From: Methyloversatilis sp.
GTDB lineage: Bacteria; Pseudomonadota; Gammaproteobacteria; Burkholderiales; Rhodocyclaceae
DNA: 64,000 nucleotides
Reading direction: 5' to 3'
Assembly (NCBI GenBank): GCA_017984755.1
Contig: JAGNYW010000012.1
Coordinates: 9,942 to 73,941, forward strand
Each line of letters begins with the position of its first letter. The stretch's first letter is position 1. The translations under genes and the position numbers were made by a program. This document shows, piece after piece, positions 34,753-46,918 of the stretch. A model generated the notes under the pieces. That model saw nothing but the letters and a program-made list of their open reading frames with translations, was not told the origin of the DNA and searched no databases.

Positions 34753-35724
34753 TTATCTCGGCGGCAGATACTTCAGGGGGTCTACGGGTTTGCCCTGGCG
34801 TCTGATCTCGAAGTGCAGCCGAGGTTTCCCGGCGTCCGCATCCGTGTCGCCGAGTTCGGCAATCCGTTGTCCGCGCTTCACCGTATCGCGTTCCTGCACG
34901 AGTATCTTGCTGTTGTGCGCATAAGCCGACAGGAAGGTGCCGTCGTGCTTCACGATGACGAGTTTGCCGTAGCCACGCATGGCTTCCCCTGCATAGACCA
35001 CACGGCCCCCGGCGGCAGCCAGCACCGGATCGCCTGTGCGCCCTGCAAGATCAACGCCTTTGTTCGTACCTTCGCCGAATCGTCCGACGATGCGGCCGCT
35101 CGACGGCCAGCTCCATTCGACACCCGCCTCGGCACGTACCGAATCGGGTGCAGTGACAGCCGCAGCAACCGGTGCTGCTTCTGCGGTGGCGACTGCAGCC
35201 GATGGCGCAACGGCCGGTACCGCGGCACCGGATTTCATCTGCGCCAGCGCCTGCTCGGAATAAGGTTCCACGCCTCCGCGCGGCTCGCGCTTCACCAGCG
35301 CGGTATTGGCCGAGGGGATCACCGGCTCCGCCGCTGCAGTCGCGGGAGGGGTTGCTGCGATCGGCTGAATCGGCCGCGACTCGACGCCGCTGGCTGCAGC
35401 AATCGGCTGCGTTTCGACAGCCCCCTCCGGCGGTGTCACCCGCACCTCCTGTCCGACGCGGATCAGGTTCGGGTTCTCCAGTCGGTTCCAGATGATGAGG
35501 TCGCGCCAGTCCTGACCATATTCCAGTGCGATGCTGTACAGCGTATCGCCCTTGGCCACCTGGTGATAGCCCGGGCGCGCCGCTGCCGGTACGCGTGCGA
35601 CTGAGGCGGGCACTGAGGACGATCCGGGCGCCGGCGAGCGGTCCTCGACCGGCGCGGGCCTCGTACCCGCGCAGGATGCGAGCACCAGACACAGGCCAGA
35701 CAGGACGAACAGCGATTTCCTCAT
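34753..35724 (-). CDS. nlpD: LysM / M23 peptidase-family lipoprotein
   Basis: Lipobox LVLASCAG, a LysM domain ([18 protein letters not shown]), a Pro/Ala linker, and a C-terminal M23 domain (GVDLAG...[19 protein letters not shown]). Confidence 0.9.
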   Translation of the reverse strand: MRKSLFVLSGLCLVLASCAGTRPAPVEDRSPAPGSSSVPASVARVPAAARPGYHQVAKGDTLYSIALEYGQDWRDLIIWNRLENPNLIRVGQEVRVTPPEGAVETQPIAAASGVESRPIQPIAATPPATAAAEPVIPSANTALVKREPRGGVEPYSEQALAQMKSGAAVPAVAPSAAVATAEAAPVAAAVTAPDSVRAEAGVEWSWPSSGRIVGRFGEGTNKGVDLAGRTGDPVLAAAGGRVVYAGEAMRGYGKLVIVKHDGTFLSAYAHNSKILVQERDTVKRGQRIAELGDTDADAGKPRLHFEIRRQGKPVDPLKYLPPR

Positions 35725-36374
35725 TCAACCCCCGGCAACAACGGCACGAAGCGCACCGCATCCAGCTTTGACTCTACGTAGCGCTGAGGCTGTCGTTCGA
35801 TCAGCCGCAAGGACTGGTCGGTGGTGCCGATCGGAATGATCAGACGCCCCCCTTCCGCCAGCTGTTCCAGAAGCGGCATCGGTACGGAAGCCGACGCCGC
35901 AGCCACGATGATTGTATCGAAGGGCGCTTCGGCAGCCAGTCCAACCGACCCATCGGCATGCTTCAGACGCACATTCGGCAGACGCAGGGGACGCAGATTG
36001 CGCTTCGCGCGCTCTAGCAGCGGCGCAATTCGCTCAACCGCGTAGACGTCGGTTGCGAGCTTCGACAGGACGGCCGCCTGATAACCGCACCCTGCCCCGA
36101 CTTCCAGCGTCTTGCCCAGAGGACGCCCGCCAGCCCTCAGAAGTTCAATCATGCGGGCGACCACGAAGGGCTGGGAGATGGTCTGTTGAAAACCGAGCGG
36201 CAACGCTGTGTCCTCGTAGGCACGCGTGCCGAGCGCTTCTTCGACGAACTGATGGCGAGGCACCGCGAGGATGGCCGCCAGCACGCCTTCGTCGCGGATG
36301 CCGGAGGTGCGCAGCCGCTCCACCATCCTGGTCCGCGCACGCGTCAGGCTGAGGCTCAGATCCGGCACGCTCAT
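35721..36374 (-). CDS. pcm: protein-L-isoaspartate O-methyltransferase
   Basis: [16 protein letters not shown]...[15 protein letters not shown]... is canonical Pcm. It overlaps the neighbouring genes by 4 nt. Confidence 0.9.
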   Translation of the reverse strand: MSVPDLSLSLTRARTRMVERLRTSGIRDEGVLAAILAVPRHQFVEEALGTRAYEDTALPLGFQQTISQPFVVARMIELLRAGGRPLGKTLEVGAGCGYQAAVLSKLATDVYAVERIAPLLERAKRNLRPLRLPNVRLKHADGSVGLAAEAPFDTIIVAAASASVPMPLLEQLAEGGRLIIPIGTTDQSLRLIERQPQRYVESKLDAVRFVPLLPGVE

Positions 36375-37114
36375 GCGCCCAGCCAGTCCCGTACTTGTCC
36401 CATCTGCGACACATGGGTCAGATCGATCTGCAGCGGCGTGACCGACGCGAAGCCATTGGCGGTGGCGTGAAAATCAGTACCTTCGCCGGCATCCTGGGCG
36501 GCGCCGGCAGCACCGACCCAATACACGGTTTCATTGCGCGGATTGGTCGTCCGGACCACCGGTTCCGCCTTGTGGCGCCGGCCGAGTCGCGTCACCTGAA
36601 TGCCCCGGAGTGCGTCAGGCGCCAGATCGGGCACATTGACGTTGAGCAGTACGGGCGTCGCAAAAGGACGGGCCGTGAGACGACGAACCAGGTCGCAGGC
36701 GATGCGTGCCGCAGTGTCGTAGTGGGCACCGCCCTTGCGCGTCATCGAGATCGCGATCGCCGGCACACCCAGCAGATAGCCTTCGGTGGCGGCCGCAACT
36801 GTGCCGGAATAGATCGTGTCGTCGCCCATGTTGGCGCCGTCATTGATGCCGGATACGACAATGTCCGGAAGATGATCGAGCATGCCGGTCACCGCCAGAT
36901 GCACGCAGTCGGTCGGCGTGCCGTTTACATAGTGGAACCCATTTCGGGCACGGCGCAGGATGAGCGGACGATCGAGTGTGAGGGAGTTGCTGGCACCGCT
37001 TCGATCCGCTTCGGGTGCCACGACGGTCACTTCGCCGACTTCGGACAATGCGCGGTGAAGCGCTTCCAGGCCGGGGGCAAAATAGCCATCGTCATTGGAC
37101 AACAGGATACGCAT
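36371..37114 (-). CDS. surE: 5'/3'-nucleotidase
   Basis: [19 protein letters not shown]...[24 protein letters not shown]. The start is set at [10 protein letters not shown]. The 114-codon upstream extension in the ORF track is Arg-rich and not SurE-like. Confidence 0.9.
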   Translation of the reverse strand: MRILLSNDDGYFAPGLEALHRALSEVGEVTVVAPEADRSGASNSLTLDRPLILRRARNGFHYVNGTPTDCVHLAVTGMLDHLPDIVVSGINDGANMGDDTIYSGTVAAATEGYLLGVPAIAISMTRKGGAHYDTAARIACDLVRRLTARPFATPVLLNVNVPDLAPDALRGIQVTRLGRRHKAEPVVRTTNPRNETVYWVGAAGAAQDAGEGTDFHATANGFASVTPLQIDLTHVSQMGQVRDWLGA

Positions 37115-37469
37115 GGGAGGCTGCGAGTGAAGGACGCGCACAGGTGTCGCGACCGAGTGTTGCGACCGGAAGAGACGATCGGGACGAAGGGGGAACAAAC
37201 GCCTGCAGACTCGCATGCGCGCTTGATCGAGCCGAAAACGGCTCGTTCGTAGCGCAACGGTTGCACCCACCAAACCAGCGTTTGAATATAGCACAGGACA
37301 CCAGCGCATCCAGACGAGGCAGGCTGGCTGTTCGATGCACCGGCAAGGGCCGAAGCGGCCGGGGCGTGATCCGGGGAATTCCGAAATGCGTACCCGGGAG
37401 ACGCCGACTCGCCGAATACGAAGACAGCCTCGCGAGACGCCATTCCGCCATCGCACAAATCACCGGACG

Positions 37470-37498
37470 AAAAAAAACCGCATCGTCAAGAATGCGGT
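37470..37498 (-). terminator. rho-independent terminator after tRNA-Pro
   Basis: On the minus strand, ACCGCAT-(8 nt loop)-ATGCGGT is followed by TTTTTTT. Confidence 0.6.
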
Positions 37499-37576
37499 CT
37501 TTCATTCAAACTCCCGTTGTCGGGAGACAACTTCCATCCGACTTGCCTGCCTGTCGCCTGCAAATCGAAAGAAATT

Positions 37577-37653
37577 TGGTCGGGGCGGCGGGATTCGAAC
37601 TCGCGACCCCTTGCACCCCATGCAAGTGCGCTACCAGGCTGCGCCACGCCCCG
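37577..37653 (-). tRNA. tRNA-Pro (anticodon GGG)
   Basis: 77-nt cloverleaf. Acceptor CGGGGCG/CGCCCCG, D-stem GCGC/GCGC, anticodon stem CTTGC/GCAAG with loop ATGGGGT, T-loop TTCGAAT, and an encoded CCA. The T-stem GCGAG/CCCGC has one A:C mismatch (52:62). Confidence 0.85.
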
Positions 37654-37738
37654 ACTCAGAGCCGAATTGTATCAGGCGCGGCCGTTGTTTAGCCCACATG
37701 GCCACAAAAAACAGTCATTGCTGCGCCATGTCGAACGC

Positions 37739-38107
37739 TCATTCGAGCAGGCCGAGTATGTCCTGCAACTCGGTGCGCAGCGCCGCGAAATCAATTTCAT
37801 TGTCCGCTGCGCCTGCAGCGCTTGAGCCGCGTTGATCCGAATCATCAAGGCGGTTGCGCGCACCGTTGATGGTGAACCCTTCTTCGTAGAGAAGTTGGCG
37901 TATGCGTCGCACGAGCAACACTTCGTGATGCTGGTAGTAGCGACGATTGCCGCGCCTCTTGACCGGTTTGAGCTGGGTGAATTCCTGCTCCCAGTAGCGC
38001 AGCACATGCGGCTTGACGCCGCACAGCTCGCTCACCTCGCCAATCGTGAAATAGCGCTTGGCGGGAATCGCCGGCAGTACCAGCGGATCCTTACTCGTCG
38101 CTTCCAT
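37739..38107 (-). CDS. MerR-family transcriptional regulator
   Basis: [25 protein letters not shown]...[33 protein letters not shown] is a MerR-type wHTH. It overlaps the ihfA 3' end by 17 nt. Confidence 0.8.
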   Translation of the reverse strand: MEATSKDPLVLPAIPAKRYFTIGEVSELCGVKPHVLRYWEQEFTQLKPVKRRGNRRYYQHHEVLLVRRIRQLLYEEGFTINGARNRLDDSDQRGSSAAGAADNEIDFAALRTELQDILGLLE

Positions 38108-38399
38108 CGTAATCGATGCCCTCGACGGCTGCCTTCAGTTTCTGACTGGCGTGAAAAGTGACTACCCGTCTCGCAGTGATCGGTATCTCTTCACCAGTCT
38201 TGGGGTTTCGGCCCGGGCGCTGCGGCTTGTCGCGCAGCTGAAAATTGCCGAAGCCGGACAGCTTGACACCGTCGCCGCTCTCCAGCGCATCACGGATCTC
38301 GTCGAAGAACGCTTCAACCATATCCTTGGCTTCGCGCTTGTTCAGTCCTACCTGTTCGAACAGCATTTCCGCCAGTTCGGCCTTGGTCAATGTGGTCAT
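38091..38399 (-). CDS. ihfA: integration host factor alpha subunit
   Basis: [35 protein letters not shown]...[26 protein letters not shown]. Confidence 0.95.
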   Translation of the reverse strand: MTTLTKAELAEMLFEQVGLNKREAKDMVEAFFDEIRDALESGDGVKLSGFGNFQLRDKPQRPGRNPKTGEEIPITARRVVTFHASQKLKAAVEGIDYDGSDE

Positions 38400-38431
38400 G
38401 CGGCTTCCTTGTACCCTGTCGCCCTGCCGCC

Positions 38432-40801
38432 TCAGGCGCGCAGCTTTGCTCCGAACTCACGCTCGGCATATGTCAGAAGTTCATGCACCGCTCCATCGAC
38501 TTCCGCGTCCGCCAAAGTACGTTGAGTATCTTGCATAACTATACGGAACGCAAAGCTTTTTTCGTTATCAGCTATGCCTTTCCCCTGATACAGGTCGAAT
38601 AAAGAGACCTCGTTCACGATGGCCGGCGCAGCACGGCGGAGGCCTTCGAGAACGGTTGTAGCACAGGTCGAACGCGGCAAAAGCAAGGCAATGTCACGGC
38701 GCACCGAAGGCTGACGCGACAGCGGGCTGTAAGCCGGAACCGGCACCTGGCAAAGCGGCTCGAGATCGATTTCGAACACCACGGGCGCACTGCCCAATTC
38801 ATGGCGCTGAACCAGCTCCGGATGCAGTTCGCCGATGAAACCGATCGCACGTCCGTCGAGACTGACCTCGGCGGCTCGGCCCGGATGCAATGCGACGTGG
38901 CGTGCTGCAGTGAAGTCTGCCTGCAGCGGCCACAGCAAGGCTTCCAAATCCGCCTTGAGATCGAAGAAGTCGGTCGCGCGTGCAGAAGCACCCCACTGTT
39001 CGGGCTGCACATCACCCCATGCAAGACCGGCGACGCGCAGCGTCTGAGCAAAACCGGAAACCGGGGTAGCCGCCGCGTCATGCGCGAAACAGCGTCCGAT
39101 CTCGAATACTCGCACCCGGTCCAGCTGGCGACGACGATTGGTCGCAACGTTATCGACGAGACCGCCGATCAGCGTCGAACGCATGACCGACATCTGGCTG
39201 GCGATCGGATTCGCCAGTACGACCGGCGCCTCGTTGCCCGCGAAATCCTGCTCCCAGCGACGTTCCACGAATGCGAAATTGATCACTTCCTGGAAGTCGC
39301 GATCAGCCAGCAGATGGCGCAGCGCGGATGCATTGCGCCGTGCTTCCGGCAGCGCCGGCATGGCAAGGCGGCCAACCGGCGGGTGCGTGGGAATGTTGTC
39401 GTAGCCATGGAGGCGCGCCAGTTCTTCTATCAGATCCTCTTCGATGCGCAGATCGAAGCGCCACGTCGGTGGCTGAACGATGAAGTCAGCGCCATCGCGC
39501 GCGAATCCGAACGCCATGCGGGTCAGGCAGGCGGCGATCTCGTCGTCGCTGAATGCCACGCCCAGCACGCGCGCTGCGCGCGCCGGGCGCAGTCGAACCG
39601 GGTCGCGCGAGGGCAATGCCGTGATCTGGTCGTCGACCGGACCGGCCTGTCCACCGCAGATGTCGATGATGAGTTGCGTCACGCGTTCGACACCGCTCAC
39701 CGTATCGGCGAAATCGACGCCCCGCTCGAAGCGATGTGCCGCCTCGCTGGAGAACGCATAGCGGCGCGCGCGCCCCTGTATCGCATCGGGCAGCCAGAAA
39801 GCCGCTTCGACGTAAACATTGCGTGTATCGAGCGAACAGGCCGTCGCAGCGCCGCCCATGACTCCAGCGAAACTTTCGACGCCGGAATCATCCGCAATGA
39901 CGCCGCAATCCGCGGTGAATTCGATGGTCTGGTCATTGAGCAGCACCAGCTTTTCGCCCGCCCTCGCCCAGCGTACCTGCAGACCACCGTGCACCCGATC
40001 GAGGTCGAACACGTGATTCGGCCGATTCAGTTCCAGCATGACGTAGTTGGAAATATCGACCAGGATGGAGATCGAACGCATGCCGGCACGTTCCAGCCGG
40101 CGCTTCATCCACTCAGGTGTTGCGGCACGGGCATCGACTCCGCGGATGACACGACCGGAAAAACGACCGCAAAGCTCGCTGTGCTCGACCTTCACCGGCA
40201 GAACATCCGGCAGCGATACTGGCGCAGCGGCAATCATAGGTACGCGCAGCGGTGCACCTGCAAGGGCGGCAACTTCGCGTGCGATGCCCAGCATGCCGAA
40301 GCAGTCGGCGCGGTTCGGCGTGAGCTTGATGACGAAAACGTTGTCATCAAGCTCGAGGTAGGTGCGGATGTCGGCGCCGACCGGCGCATCGGCGGGCAGC
40401 GCGAGCAGGCCACCATGGTCTTCGGACAAACCGAGTTCGCGGGCCGAGCACAGCATGCCGTTGCTCTCCACCCCGCGCAGCTTGGCACGCTTGATGTCGA
40501 TGCCGGGCAGATGCGCACCGACAGTGGCGCAGGGCACCTTCATGCCCGCCGCCACGTTCGGCGCTCCACACACGATCTGCAGCGGCTCACAGCCGGCATT
40601 CACGCTGCACACGCGCAATCGATCTGCGTCGGGATGCGGGGCAACGGAAAGCACCTCGGCAACCACCACACCGTCGAACACTGCTGCCGCTGCATTGAGT
40701 TCCTCGACCTCCAGCCCGGCCATCGTCAGCAGATGCGACAGAGCCTGAGTGTCGATGGACGGATCGACGAATTCACGCAACCACTTTTCGGAAAATTTCA
40801 T
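38432..40801 (-). CDS. pheT: phenylalanine-tRNA ligase beta subunit
   Basis: [14 protein letters not shown]... with tRNA-binding, B3/4, B5 and FDX-ACB domains, 789 aa, downstream of pheS. Confidence 0.95.
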   Translation of the reverse strand: MKFSEKWLREFVDPSIDTQALSHLLTMAGLEVEELNAAAAVFDGVVVAEVLSVAPHPDADRLRVCSVNAGCEPLQIVCGAPNVAAGMKVPCATVGAHLPGIDIKRAKLRGVESNGMLCSARELGLSEDHGGLLALPADAPVGADIRTYLELDDNVFVIKLTPNRADCFGMLGIAREVAALAGAPLRVPMIAAAPVSLPDVLPVKVEHSELCGRFSGRVIRGVDARAATPEWMKRRLERAGMRSISILVDISNYVMLELNRPNHVFDLDRVHGGLQVRWARAGEKLVLLNDQTIEFTADCGVIADDSGVESFAGVMGGAATACSLDTRNVYVEAAFWLPDAIQGRARRYAFSSEAAHRFERGVDFADTVSGVERVTQLIIDICGGQAGPVDDQITALPSRDPVRLRPARAARVLGVAFSDDEIAACLTRMAFGFARDGADFIVQPPTWRFDLRIEEDLIEELARLHGYDNIPTHPPVGRLAMPALPEARRNASALRHLLADRDFQEVINFAFVERRWEQDFAGNEAPVVLANPIASQMSVMRSTLIGGLVDNVATNRRRQLDRVRVFEIGRCFAHDAAATPVSGFAQTLRVAGLAWGDVQPEQWGASARATDFFDLKADLEALLWPLQADFTAARHVALHPGRAAEVSLDGRAIGFIGELHPELVQRHELGSAPVVFEIDLEPLCQVPVPAYSPLSRQPSVRRDIALLLPRSTCATTVLEGLRRAAPAIVNEVSLFDLYQGKGIADNEKSFAFRIVMQDTQRTLADAEVDGAVHELLTYAEREFGAKLRA

Positions 40802-40813
40802 CTCGGTAGAACC

Positions 40814-41914
<1,101 letters not shown>

Positions 41915-42271
41915 TCAGGCGAGCTGGGCCTTTGCCTGATTCGCAATGGCTGCAAAAGCCGCCTTGTCGAACACGGCAAGATCAGCGAGAACCTTGCGAT
42001 CGACCTGGATCGACGCCTTGTTCAGGCCATTGATCAGCTTCGAGTAGGTCAGGCCGACTTCACGGGCTGCAGCGTTGATGCGGACAATCCACAGTGCGCG
42101 GAACTGCCTCTTCCTCTGACGACGGTCGCGATACGCATATTGCCCCGCCTTCATCACCGCCTGCTTGGCGATCCTGTAGACGCTATTGCGGCGGCCGCGG
42201 TAACCCTTGGCCTGATCAAGAACTTTCTTGTGACGGGCGCGTGCCGTTACACCACGTTTGACTCTTGGCAT
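41915..42271 (-). CDS. rplT: 50S ribosomal protein L20
   Basis: [28 protein letters not shown]... is canonical L20. Confidence 0.95.
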   Translation of the reverse strand: MPRVKRGVTARARHKKVLDQAKGYRGRRNSVYRIAKQAVMKAGQYAYRDRRQRKRQFRALWIVRINAAAREVGLTYSKLINGLNKASIQVDRKVLADLAVFDKAAFAAIANQAKAQLA

Positions 42272-42283
42272 CTCGTCGGCTCC

Positions 42284-42481
42284 TTATGCGTAGGGCAGCA
42301 TGTTGCGGACGCGTGCGTCATCCGTTGCATGCACCGCCGTCATACCGCGAAGCTGACGCTTCGACTTGGTGGTTTTCTTGGTCAGAATGTGGCGCTTGAA
42401 CGCCTGCGAACGCTTGATGCTGCCGCTCGCCCTGACCTTGAAGCGCTTGGCAGCGCCCTTTTTGGTCTTCATCTTGGGCAT
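42284..42481 (-). CDS. rpmI: 50S ribosomal protein L35
   Basis: [24 protein letters not shown]... is canonical L35. Confidence 0.95.
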   Translation of the reverse strand: MPKMKTKKGAAKRFKVRASGSIKRSQAFKRHILTKKTTKSKRQLRGMTAVHATDDARVRNMLPYA

Positions 42482-42648
42482 GACAAAACTCCATTTATGT
42501 CATCTTCACAGGTGGCCGCGAACCCTTCGCCGCACTTTCATACCCGTGAACACTTTTTGTGTCGCCACTTTCATGACGACCCCGCGAAGCAGAGCCTCGC
42601 GTTTCGCCAGACCATCTGGTCCGGCTCATTCTTTTCACTGCCTCGCGG

Positions 42649-43173
42649 TCAGACCTTTTTCTTGCTGGGTGCAAGCACCATGATCAGTTGCCTGCCTTCG
42701 AGCTTCGGAAACTGCTCGACCACCGCAACTGCTTCAAGATCAGCCTTCACTCGCTCAAGCAACCGGATGCCGAATTCCTGATGCGCCATTTCGCGGCCAC
42801 GGAACCGCAGGGTAACCTTCGCCTTGTCACCATCCAGGAGAAAGCGGGACAGATTGCGCAGCTTGATCTGGTAGTCGCCTTCGTCCGTACCAGGACGGAA
42901 CTTGACTTCCTTGATCTGTATCTGCTTCTGCTTCGACTTGGCTTCAGCGGCTCGCTTCGCTTCCTGGTACTTGAACTTGCCGAAGTCCATCAGACGACAG
43001 ACGGGCGGCTTCGCCAGAGGTGCGATTTCAACCAGATCAATGCCCGCTTCTTCTGCCATTGACAACGCCTGACGGGCCGACATGATACCTAACTGCTCAC
43101 CCTCTTCGCCGACAAGCCGAATCTCCGGGGCGTTGATTTCCGAGTTGAGGCGCTGCGATTTTTGCTGACTGAT
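42649..43173 (-). CDS. infC: translation initiation factor IF-3 (probable non-AUG, AUC start)
   Basis: [25 protein letters not shown]...[19 protein letters not shown]...[10 protein letters not shown] is canonical IF-3. GGGAG lies 7 nt upstream of ATC at 43173, 26 nt after the thrS stop. The in-frame ATG at 43236 lies inside thrS and would add non-IF3-like residues. Confidence 0.85.
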   Translation of the reverse strand: MSQQKSQRLNSEINAPEIRLVGEEGEQLGIMSARQALSMAEEAGIDLVEIAPLAKPPVCRLMDFGKFKYQEAKRAAEAKSKQKQIQIKEVKFRPGTDEGDYQIKLRNLSRFLLDGDKAKVTLRFRGREMAHQEFGIRLLERVKADLEAVAVVEQFPKLEGRQLIMVLAPSKKKV

Positions 43174-43198
43174 GCTCTTACTCCCAAGGCGAAAAAAA

Positions 43199-45121
43199 TC
43201 AGGCCGTGCGATCGACGCCCCGTGTCGCGATTTCATCTGCGAGACGCTGCAGGAAATCACTTAAGGTCATCTGCCCGAGATCGGTATTTCCACGGGCGCG
43301 CACGGCCACCACTCCTGCTGCCTTTTCCTTGTCGCCGACGACGACCTGATAAGGCAACTTTTGCAAACTATGTTCGCGGATTTTATAGTTAATCTTCTCG
43401 CCGCGCAAATCGCATTCGACGCGCAGACCGGCATTGCGCAACGCATTGGCGACTTCCACCGCATAATCGGCCTGCGCTTCCGTGATACCCATCACAACGA
43501 CCTGAACCGGCGCGAGCCACAGCGGGAAATTGCCCGCGTGGTTTTCGATCAGAATTCCGATGAAGCGCTCGAGTGAACCGAGCACGGCTCGATGCAGCAT
43601 GACCGGCCGGTAGCGACCATTGTCCTCGGCCACGTACTCGGCACCGAGACGCTCGGGCAACACGAAATCGAGCTGCAGCGTACCGCATTGCCAGGAGCGA
43701 CCGATGGCGTCCTTGATGTGGTACTCGATCTTCGGACCGTAGAACGCACCCTCGCCCGGCAGCTCTTCCCATTGCATGCCTGACGCGGCAAGCGCGTCGC
43801 GCAAACCCGATTCCGCGCGGTCCCACACATCGTCGGAACCGGCGCGCTTGGCCGGGCGAAGCGACAGCTTGATGGCAAGATCATTGAAGCCGAAGTCGCG
43901 ATAGACGCGCAGCAGCAGCTCGTTGAATGCCGTCACTTCGGACGTGATCTGCGCTTCGGTACAGAAAATATGGGCATCGTCCTGCACGAAACCACGTACG
44001 CGCATCAGACCGTGGAGCGCGCCGGACGGCTCGTTGCGATGGCATGAGCCGAACTCGGCCAGACGCAACGGAAGGTCGCGGTAGGAGTGCAGCGCCGCAT
44101 TGAATATCTGCACATGACCCGGGCAATTCATCGGCTTCACCGCGTAGTCGCGCTTTTCCGACTCGGTGGTGAACATGTTCTCGCGGTAATTCTCCCAGTG
44201 ACCGGACTTCTCCCACAGCACGCGGTCCATCATCAGCGGCGTCTTGACCTCGCTGTAACCGGCCTCGTCGAGAACGTGCCGCATGTACTGCTCGATCTGC
44301 TGCCAGACAACCCAACCCTTGGGATGCCAGAACACCATGCCAGGCGCCTCTTCCTGCATGTGGAACAGGTCGAGCTGCTTGCCCAGCCGCCGGTGGTCGC
44401 GCTTTTCGGCTTCCTCGAGCATGTGCAGATAGGCGTCCTGCTCGTCCTTCTTCGCCCAGGCAGTGCCGTAGATCCGCTGCAGCATTTCGTTCTTTGCATC
44501 GCCGCGCCAGTAGGCGCCGGCCACCTTCATGAGCTTGAAAACCTTTAGCTTGCCGGTCGACGGTACGTGCGGGCCGCGGCAAAGGTCGACGAAGTCGCCT
44601 TCCCGGTAGAGGGAAACGTCCTGGTCGGCGGGAATCGAAGCAATGATTTCCGCCTTGTAATGCTCGCCGATCGATTCGAAGAATTCGACCGCCTTGTCGC
44701 GCTGCCAGACTTCGCGGGAAACCGGAATGTCCTTCTTCGACAGCTCGGCCATGCGCAGCTCGATCGCTGTCAGATCTTCCGGCGTAAAGGGACGCTTGTA
44801 GGAAAAATCATAGTAGAAGCCATTCTCGATGACAGGTCCGATGGTCACCTGGGCATCCGGGAACAGTTCCTTGACCGCGAAAGCCAGCAGGTGAGCCGTC
44901 GAGTGCCGGATCATATCGAGCCCATCGGCATCGCGATCGGTCACGACGGACAACTGCGCGTCATGTTCGATCACGAAGGAGGTATCGACCAGATTCCCAT
45001 CGACACGCCCGGCGAGCGCTGCCTTGGCCAGACCCGCACCGATCGATGCGGCGACTTCACGCACGGTGATTGCCGATTCGAAACTTCGGACAGAGCCGTC
45101 TGGCAGGGTGACATTGACCAT
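43199..45121 (-). CDS. thrS: threonine-tRNA ligase
   Basis: [15 protein letters not shown] (TGS domain), an editing domain, a class II core ([26 protein letters not shown]) and an anticodon-binding domain. 640 aa. Confidence 0.95.
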   Translation of the reverse strand: MVNVTLPDGSVRSFESAITVREVAASIGAGLAKAALAGRVDGNLVDTSFVIEHDAQLSVVTDRDADGLDMIRHSTAHLLAFAVKELFPDAQVTIGPVIENGFYYDFSYKRPFTPEDLTAIELRMAELSKKDIPVSREVWQRDKAVEFFESIGEHYKAEIIASIPADQDVSLYREGDFVDLCRGPHVPSTGKLKVFKLMKVAGAYWRGDAKNEMLQRIYGTAWAKKDEQDAYLHMLEEAEKRDHRRLGKQLDLFHMQEEAPGMVFWHPKGWVVWQQIEQYMRHVLDEAGYSEVKTPLMMDRVLWEKSGHWENYRENMFTTESEKRDYAVKPMNCPGHVQIFNAALHSYRDLPLRLAEFGSCHRNEPSGALHGLMRVRGFVQDDAHIFCTEAQITSEVTAFNELLLRVYRDFGFNDLAIKLSLRPAKRAGSDDVWDRAESGLRDALAASGMQWEELPGEGAFYGPKIEYHIKDAIGRSWQCGTLQLDFVLPERLGAEYVAEDNGRYRPVMLHRAVLGSLERFIGILIENHAGNFPLWLAPVQVVVMGITEAQADYAVEVANALRNAGLRVECDLRGEKINYKIREHSLQKLPYQVVVGDKEKAAGVVAVRARGNTDLGQMTLSDFLQRLADEIATRGVDRTA

Positions 45122-45187
45122 GATGTTGCTCCGGAAAACGGTAATCGGGACGGCTTGACGAGCGTCCGCAGGCGCTGGCTACGGACG

Positions 45188-45219
45188 AAAAAAAAGTGCG
45201 GCCTGGGCCGCACTTTTTT
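45188..45219 (-). terminator. bidirectional rho-independent terminator between tRNA-Val and thrS
   Basis: A8-GTGCGGCC-TG-GGCCGCAC-T6. On the minus strand the hairpin is followed by T8. Confidence 0.65.
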
Positions 45220-45345
45220 GGATGCGCACGACTAGGACTTCGTCATTCGTGCGTCTTTCGCTGCAGGGCTCAGACAGTGACTGATACCGGGATGTAGCAA
45301 GTTCGCGGTGTCATAACTCTGCCTTTCAATTCCTGCAGTGTGTGT

Positions 45346-45422
45346 TGGTAGGCGCGATTGGACTCGAACCAACGACCCCCACCATGTCAAGGTGGTGCTC
45401 TAACCAGCTGAGCTACGCGCCT
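45346..45422 (-). tRNA. tRNA-Val (anticodon GAC)
   Basis: 77-nt cloverleaf. Acceptor AGGCGCG/CGCGCCT, D-stem GCTC/GAGC, anticodon stem CCACC/GGTGG with loop TTGACAT, T-arm GTTGG-TTCGAGT-CCAAT, and an encoded CCA. Confidence 0.9.
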
Positions 45423-45435
45423 AAAAGAGCGCGCA

Positions 45436-45463
45436 AGTATAGCCCGAAAAATTCCCCGCTCAA
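45436..45463 (-). promoter_or_regulatory. candidate sigma-70 promoter of tRNA-Val
   Basis: Minus strand TTGAGC-N16-TATACT, with the GC-rich discriminator TGCGCGC and an AT-rich upstream stretch (AATATCAAAAATATG). The -10 ends 13 nt before the tRNA 5' end. Confidence 0.45.
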
Positions 45464-45506
45464 CATATTTTTGATATTCGTCGAACGATCCGCCGGAATT
45501 CCGCCT

Positions 45507-46298
45507 TCAAACCACCTTCCACGCAGCGAGGTATTCCTTCCAGTGCTCGCCGGGTTGCGCAGCCAGCCACTCCCTTACGAAGGCGATTTCCGCGTCGTAC
45601 TGTGCGTGGTCAAGCACGCCACGCATCAGTTGAAAGCGCTGGAAGACGAGGAAGGTGTTGAGCACGTCGGTCTCGCAATAGTCGCGTATCTGCGCGGTCT
45701 CTCCGCGCTGCCATGCCCCCCAGACGGCGGAACCATCCATGCCGAGCTTGCCAGGAAAACCGATCAGTTTGGCCAGATCATCCAGCGGCGCATTGCCTCG
45801 GCCCTGATAGAGGGCGAGCAGATCCATCAAATCGAGATGGCGCGAGTGATAGCGGCTGATGTAGTTGTTCCACTTGAATTCACGCGCATCCGGGCCGTCG
45901 CCTTCACCCATTTCCCAATACCGGGGCGCCGTCACACCGTGAATCAGACCGCGATAGTGGAGCACCGGCAGATCGAAGCCTGCACCGTTCCATGACACGA
46001 TCTGCGGTGTCAGCTTCTCGATGCCTTCGTAGAAGCGCTGGATGATCTGGCCTTCGCCGCATTCCGGCTCGGCCAGTGACCATACCCGCAGCGAACGGGC
46101 GTCGCGCAGCGCGCATGAGATCACCACCACGCGCTGGAGATGCAGAGGAAGGAAGTCGTGCCCTACGCTCGCACGACGTTGCTGGAATGCGAACTCCGCG
46201 ACTTCGGCGTCGGACAGCGCATCCGGCAGGTGGTGGAGCGAGCGTATGCCCGCGATGTCCGGGATGCTCTCGATATCGAATACTAGTACGGCGGCCAT
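45507..46298 (-). CDS. predicted 3'-5' exonuclease (PolB-exonuclease-like, RNase H fold)
   Basis: LVFDIESIPD...VSWNGAGFDLPVLHYR...YCETDVLNT carry DEDD-type Exo I/II/III-like motifs. The start is set at MAAVLVFDIES; the upstream extension is Arg-rich. Confidence 0.7.
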   Translation of the reverse strand: MAAVLVFDIESIPDIAGIRSLHHLPDALSDAEVAEFAFQQRRASVGHDFLPLHLQRVVVISCALRDARSLRVWSLAEPECGEGQIIQRFYEGIEKLTPQIVSWNGAGFDLPVLHYRGLIHGVTAPRYWEMGEGDGPDAREFKWNNYISRYHSRHLDLMDLLALYQGRGNAPLDDLAKLIGFPGKLGMDGSAVWGAWQRGETAQIRDYCETDVLNTFLVFQRFQLMRGVLDHAQYDAEIAFVREWLAAQPGEHWKEYLAAWKVV

Positions 46299-46323
46299 GG
46301 CAATCCTGTGATGACGTTGATCG

Positions 46324-46734
46324 TTATTTTCGGGACCACTGCCCGCCGGACTGGATGTACCAGCCGCCCTGCGCACGGTCGATCCAGCGCTTTGCAAAGG
46401 TCGAGCGGATTTCCGCTTCCCATTCCGGATGTCCGTTGGCGCGCGCGATTTCCCTGTACAGGGCGTCACGGTCGCCGTTCTCCCTGGCAACCAGACCCTG
46501 CACTGCGGTTCGCTGTGCCAGCGGCACGGCATTCGCATCGCGCAGCGCGATGTGGCCATCGACCGTCAGACCAACGGCGCCCGATGCATAGTGCGGAGCG
46601 AGCTGCGCATGGCGCGCCTGCATCGAATCGCGCAGCTGACTGATCGCCGGCGTATTGATTTCCAGATTGCCCTGCGCCCAGACGCTGGGCACGAGCAGTA
46701 CGCACAGCAGCACGATACGTTGCAGCAGCTTCAT
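46324..46734 (-). CDS. ydbL: YdbL-like periplasmic protein (DUF1318)
   Basis: Signal peptide MKLLQRIVLLCVLLVPSVWAQ. RENGDRDALYREIARANGHPEWEAEIRSTFAKRW is the DUF1318 signature. It is downstream of ynbE and ydbH. Confidence 0.7.
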   Translation of the reverse strand: MKLLQRIVLLCVLLVPSVWAQGNLEINTPAISQLRDSMQARHAQLAPHYASGAVGLTVDGHIALRDANAVPLAQRTAVQGLVARENGDRDALYREIARANGHPEWEAEIRSTFAKRWIDRAQGGWYIQSGGQWSRK

Positions 46735-46910
46735 GGCTGTTGTCCTTCCGAAGGGACGGGAGTCTGGCTGTCCTTCTTCAATTGCCAGACTTCGTCGATG
46801 ATGCGGTCGGCCGCCTTTTCTGCAGCAGCGGCCGGAAAGTAGATGTTGATGGTGACGCAGCCGGCAAGGAGCACCGCGCCAGCCAGCACCGCTTGGAGCG
46901 ATCTTTTCAT
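46731..46910 (-). CDS. ynbE: YnbE-like small lipoprotein
   Basis: 59 aa. MKRSLQAVLAGAVLLAGCVTINIYFP has a lipobox followed by the conserved INIYFP-type segment. There is a 4-nt overlap with ydbL. Confidence 0.7.
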   Translation of the reverse strand: MKRSLQAVLAGAVLLAGCVTINIYFPAAAAEKAADRIIDEVWQLKKDSQTPVPSEGQQP

Positions 46911-46918
46911 TTCATTCC

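Noticed and set aside
36371-37456. Long N-terminal extensions in the ORF track, for example surE 361 aa, aroA 472 aa, the exonuclease 350 aa, cmk 256 aa and lapA 111 aa
   Set aside because: The extensions are Arg-rich and unrelated to the families. Some overlap upstream genes, while family-typical N-termini begin at internal start codons. Coordinates were trimmed accordingly.
42482-42648. Possible L20-binding translational operator in the infC-rpmI spacer
   Set aside because: Some imperfect hairpins are visible. I cannot reconstruct the pseudoknot known from E. coli by eye, so this needs a covariance-model search.
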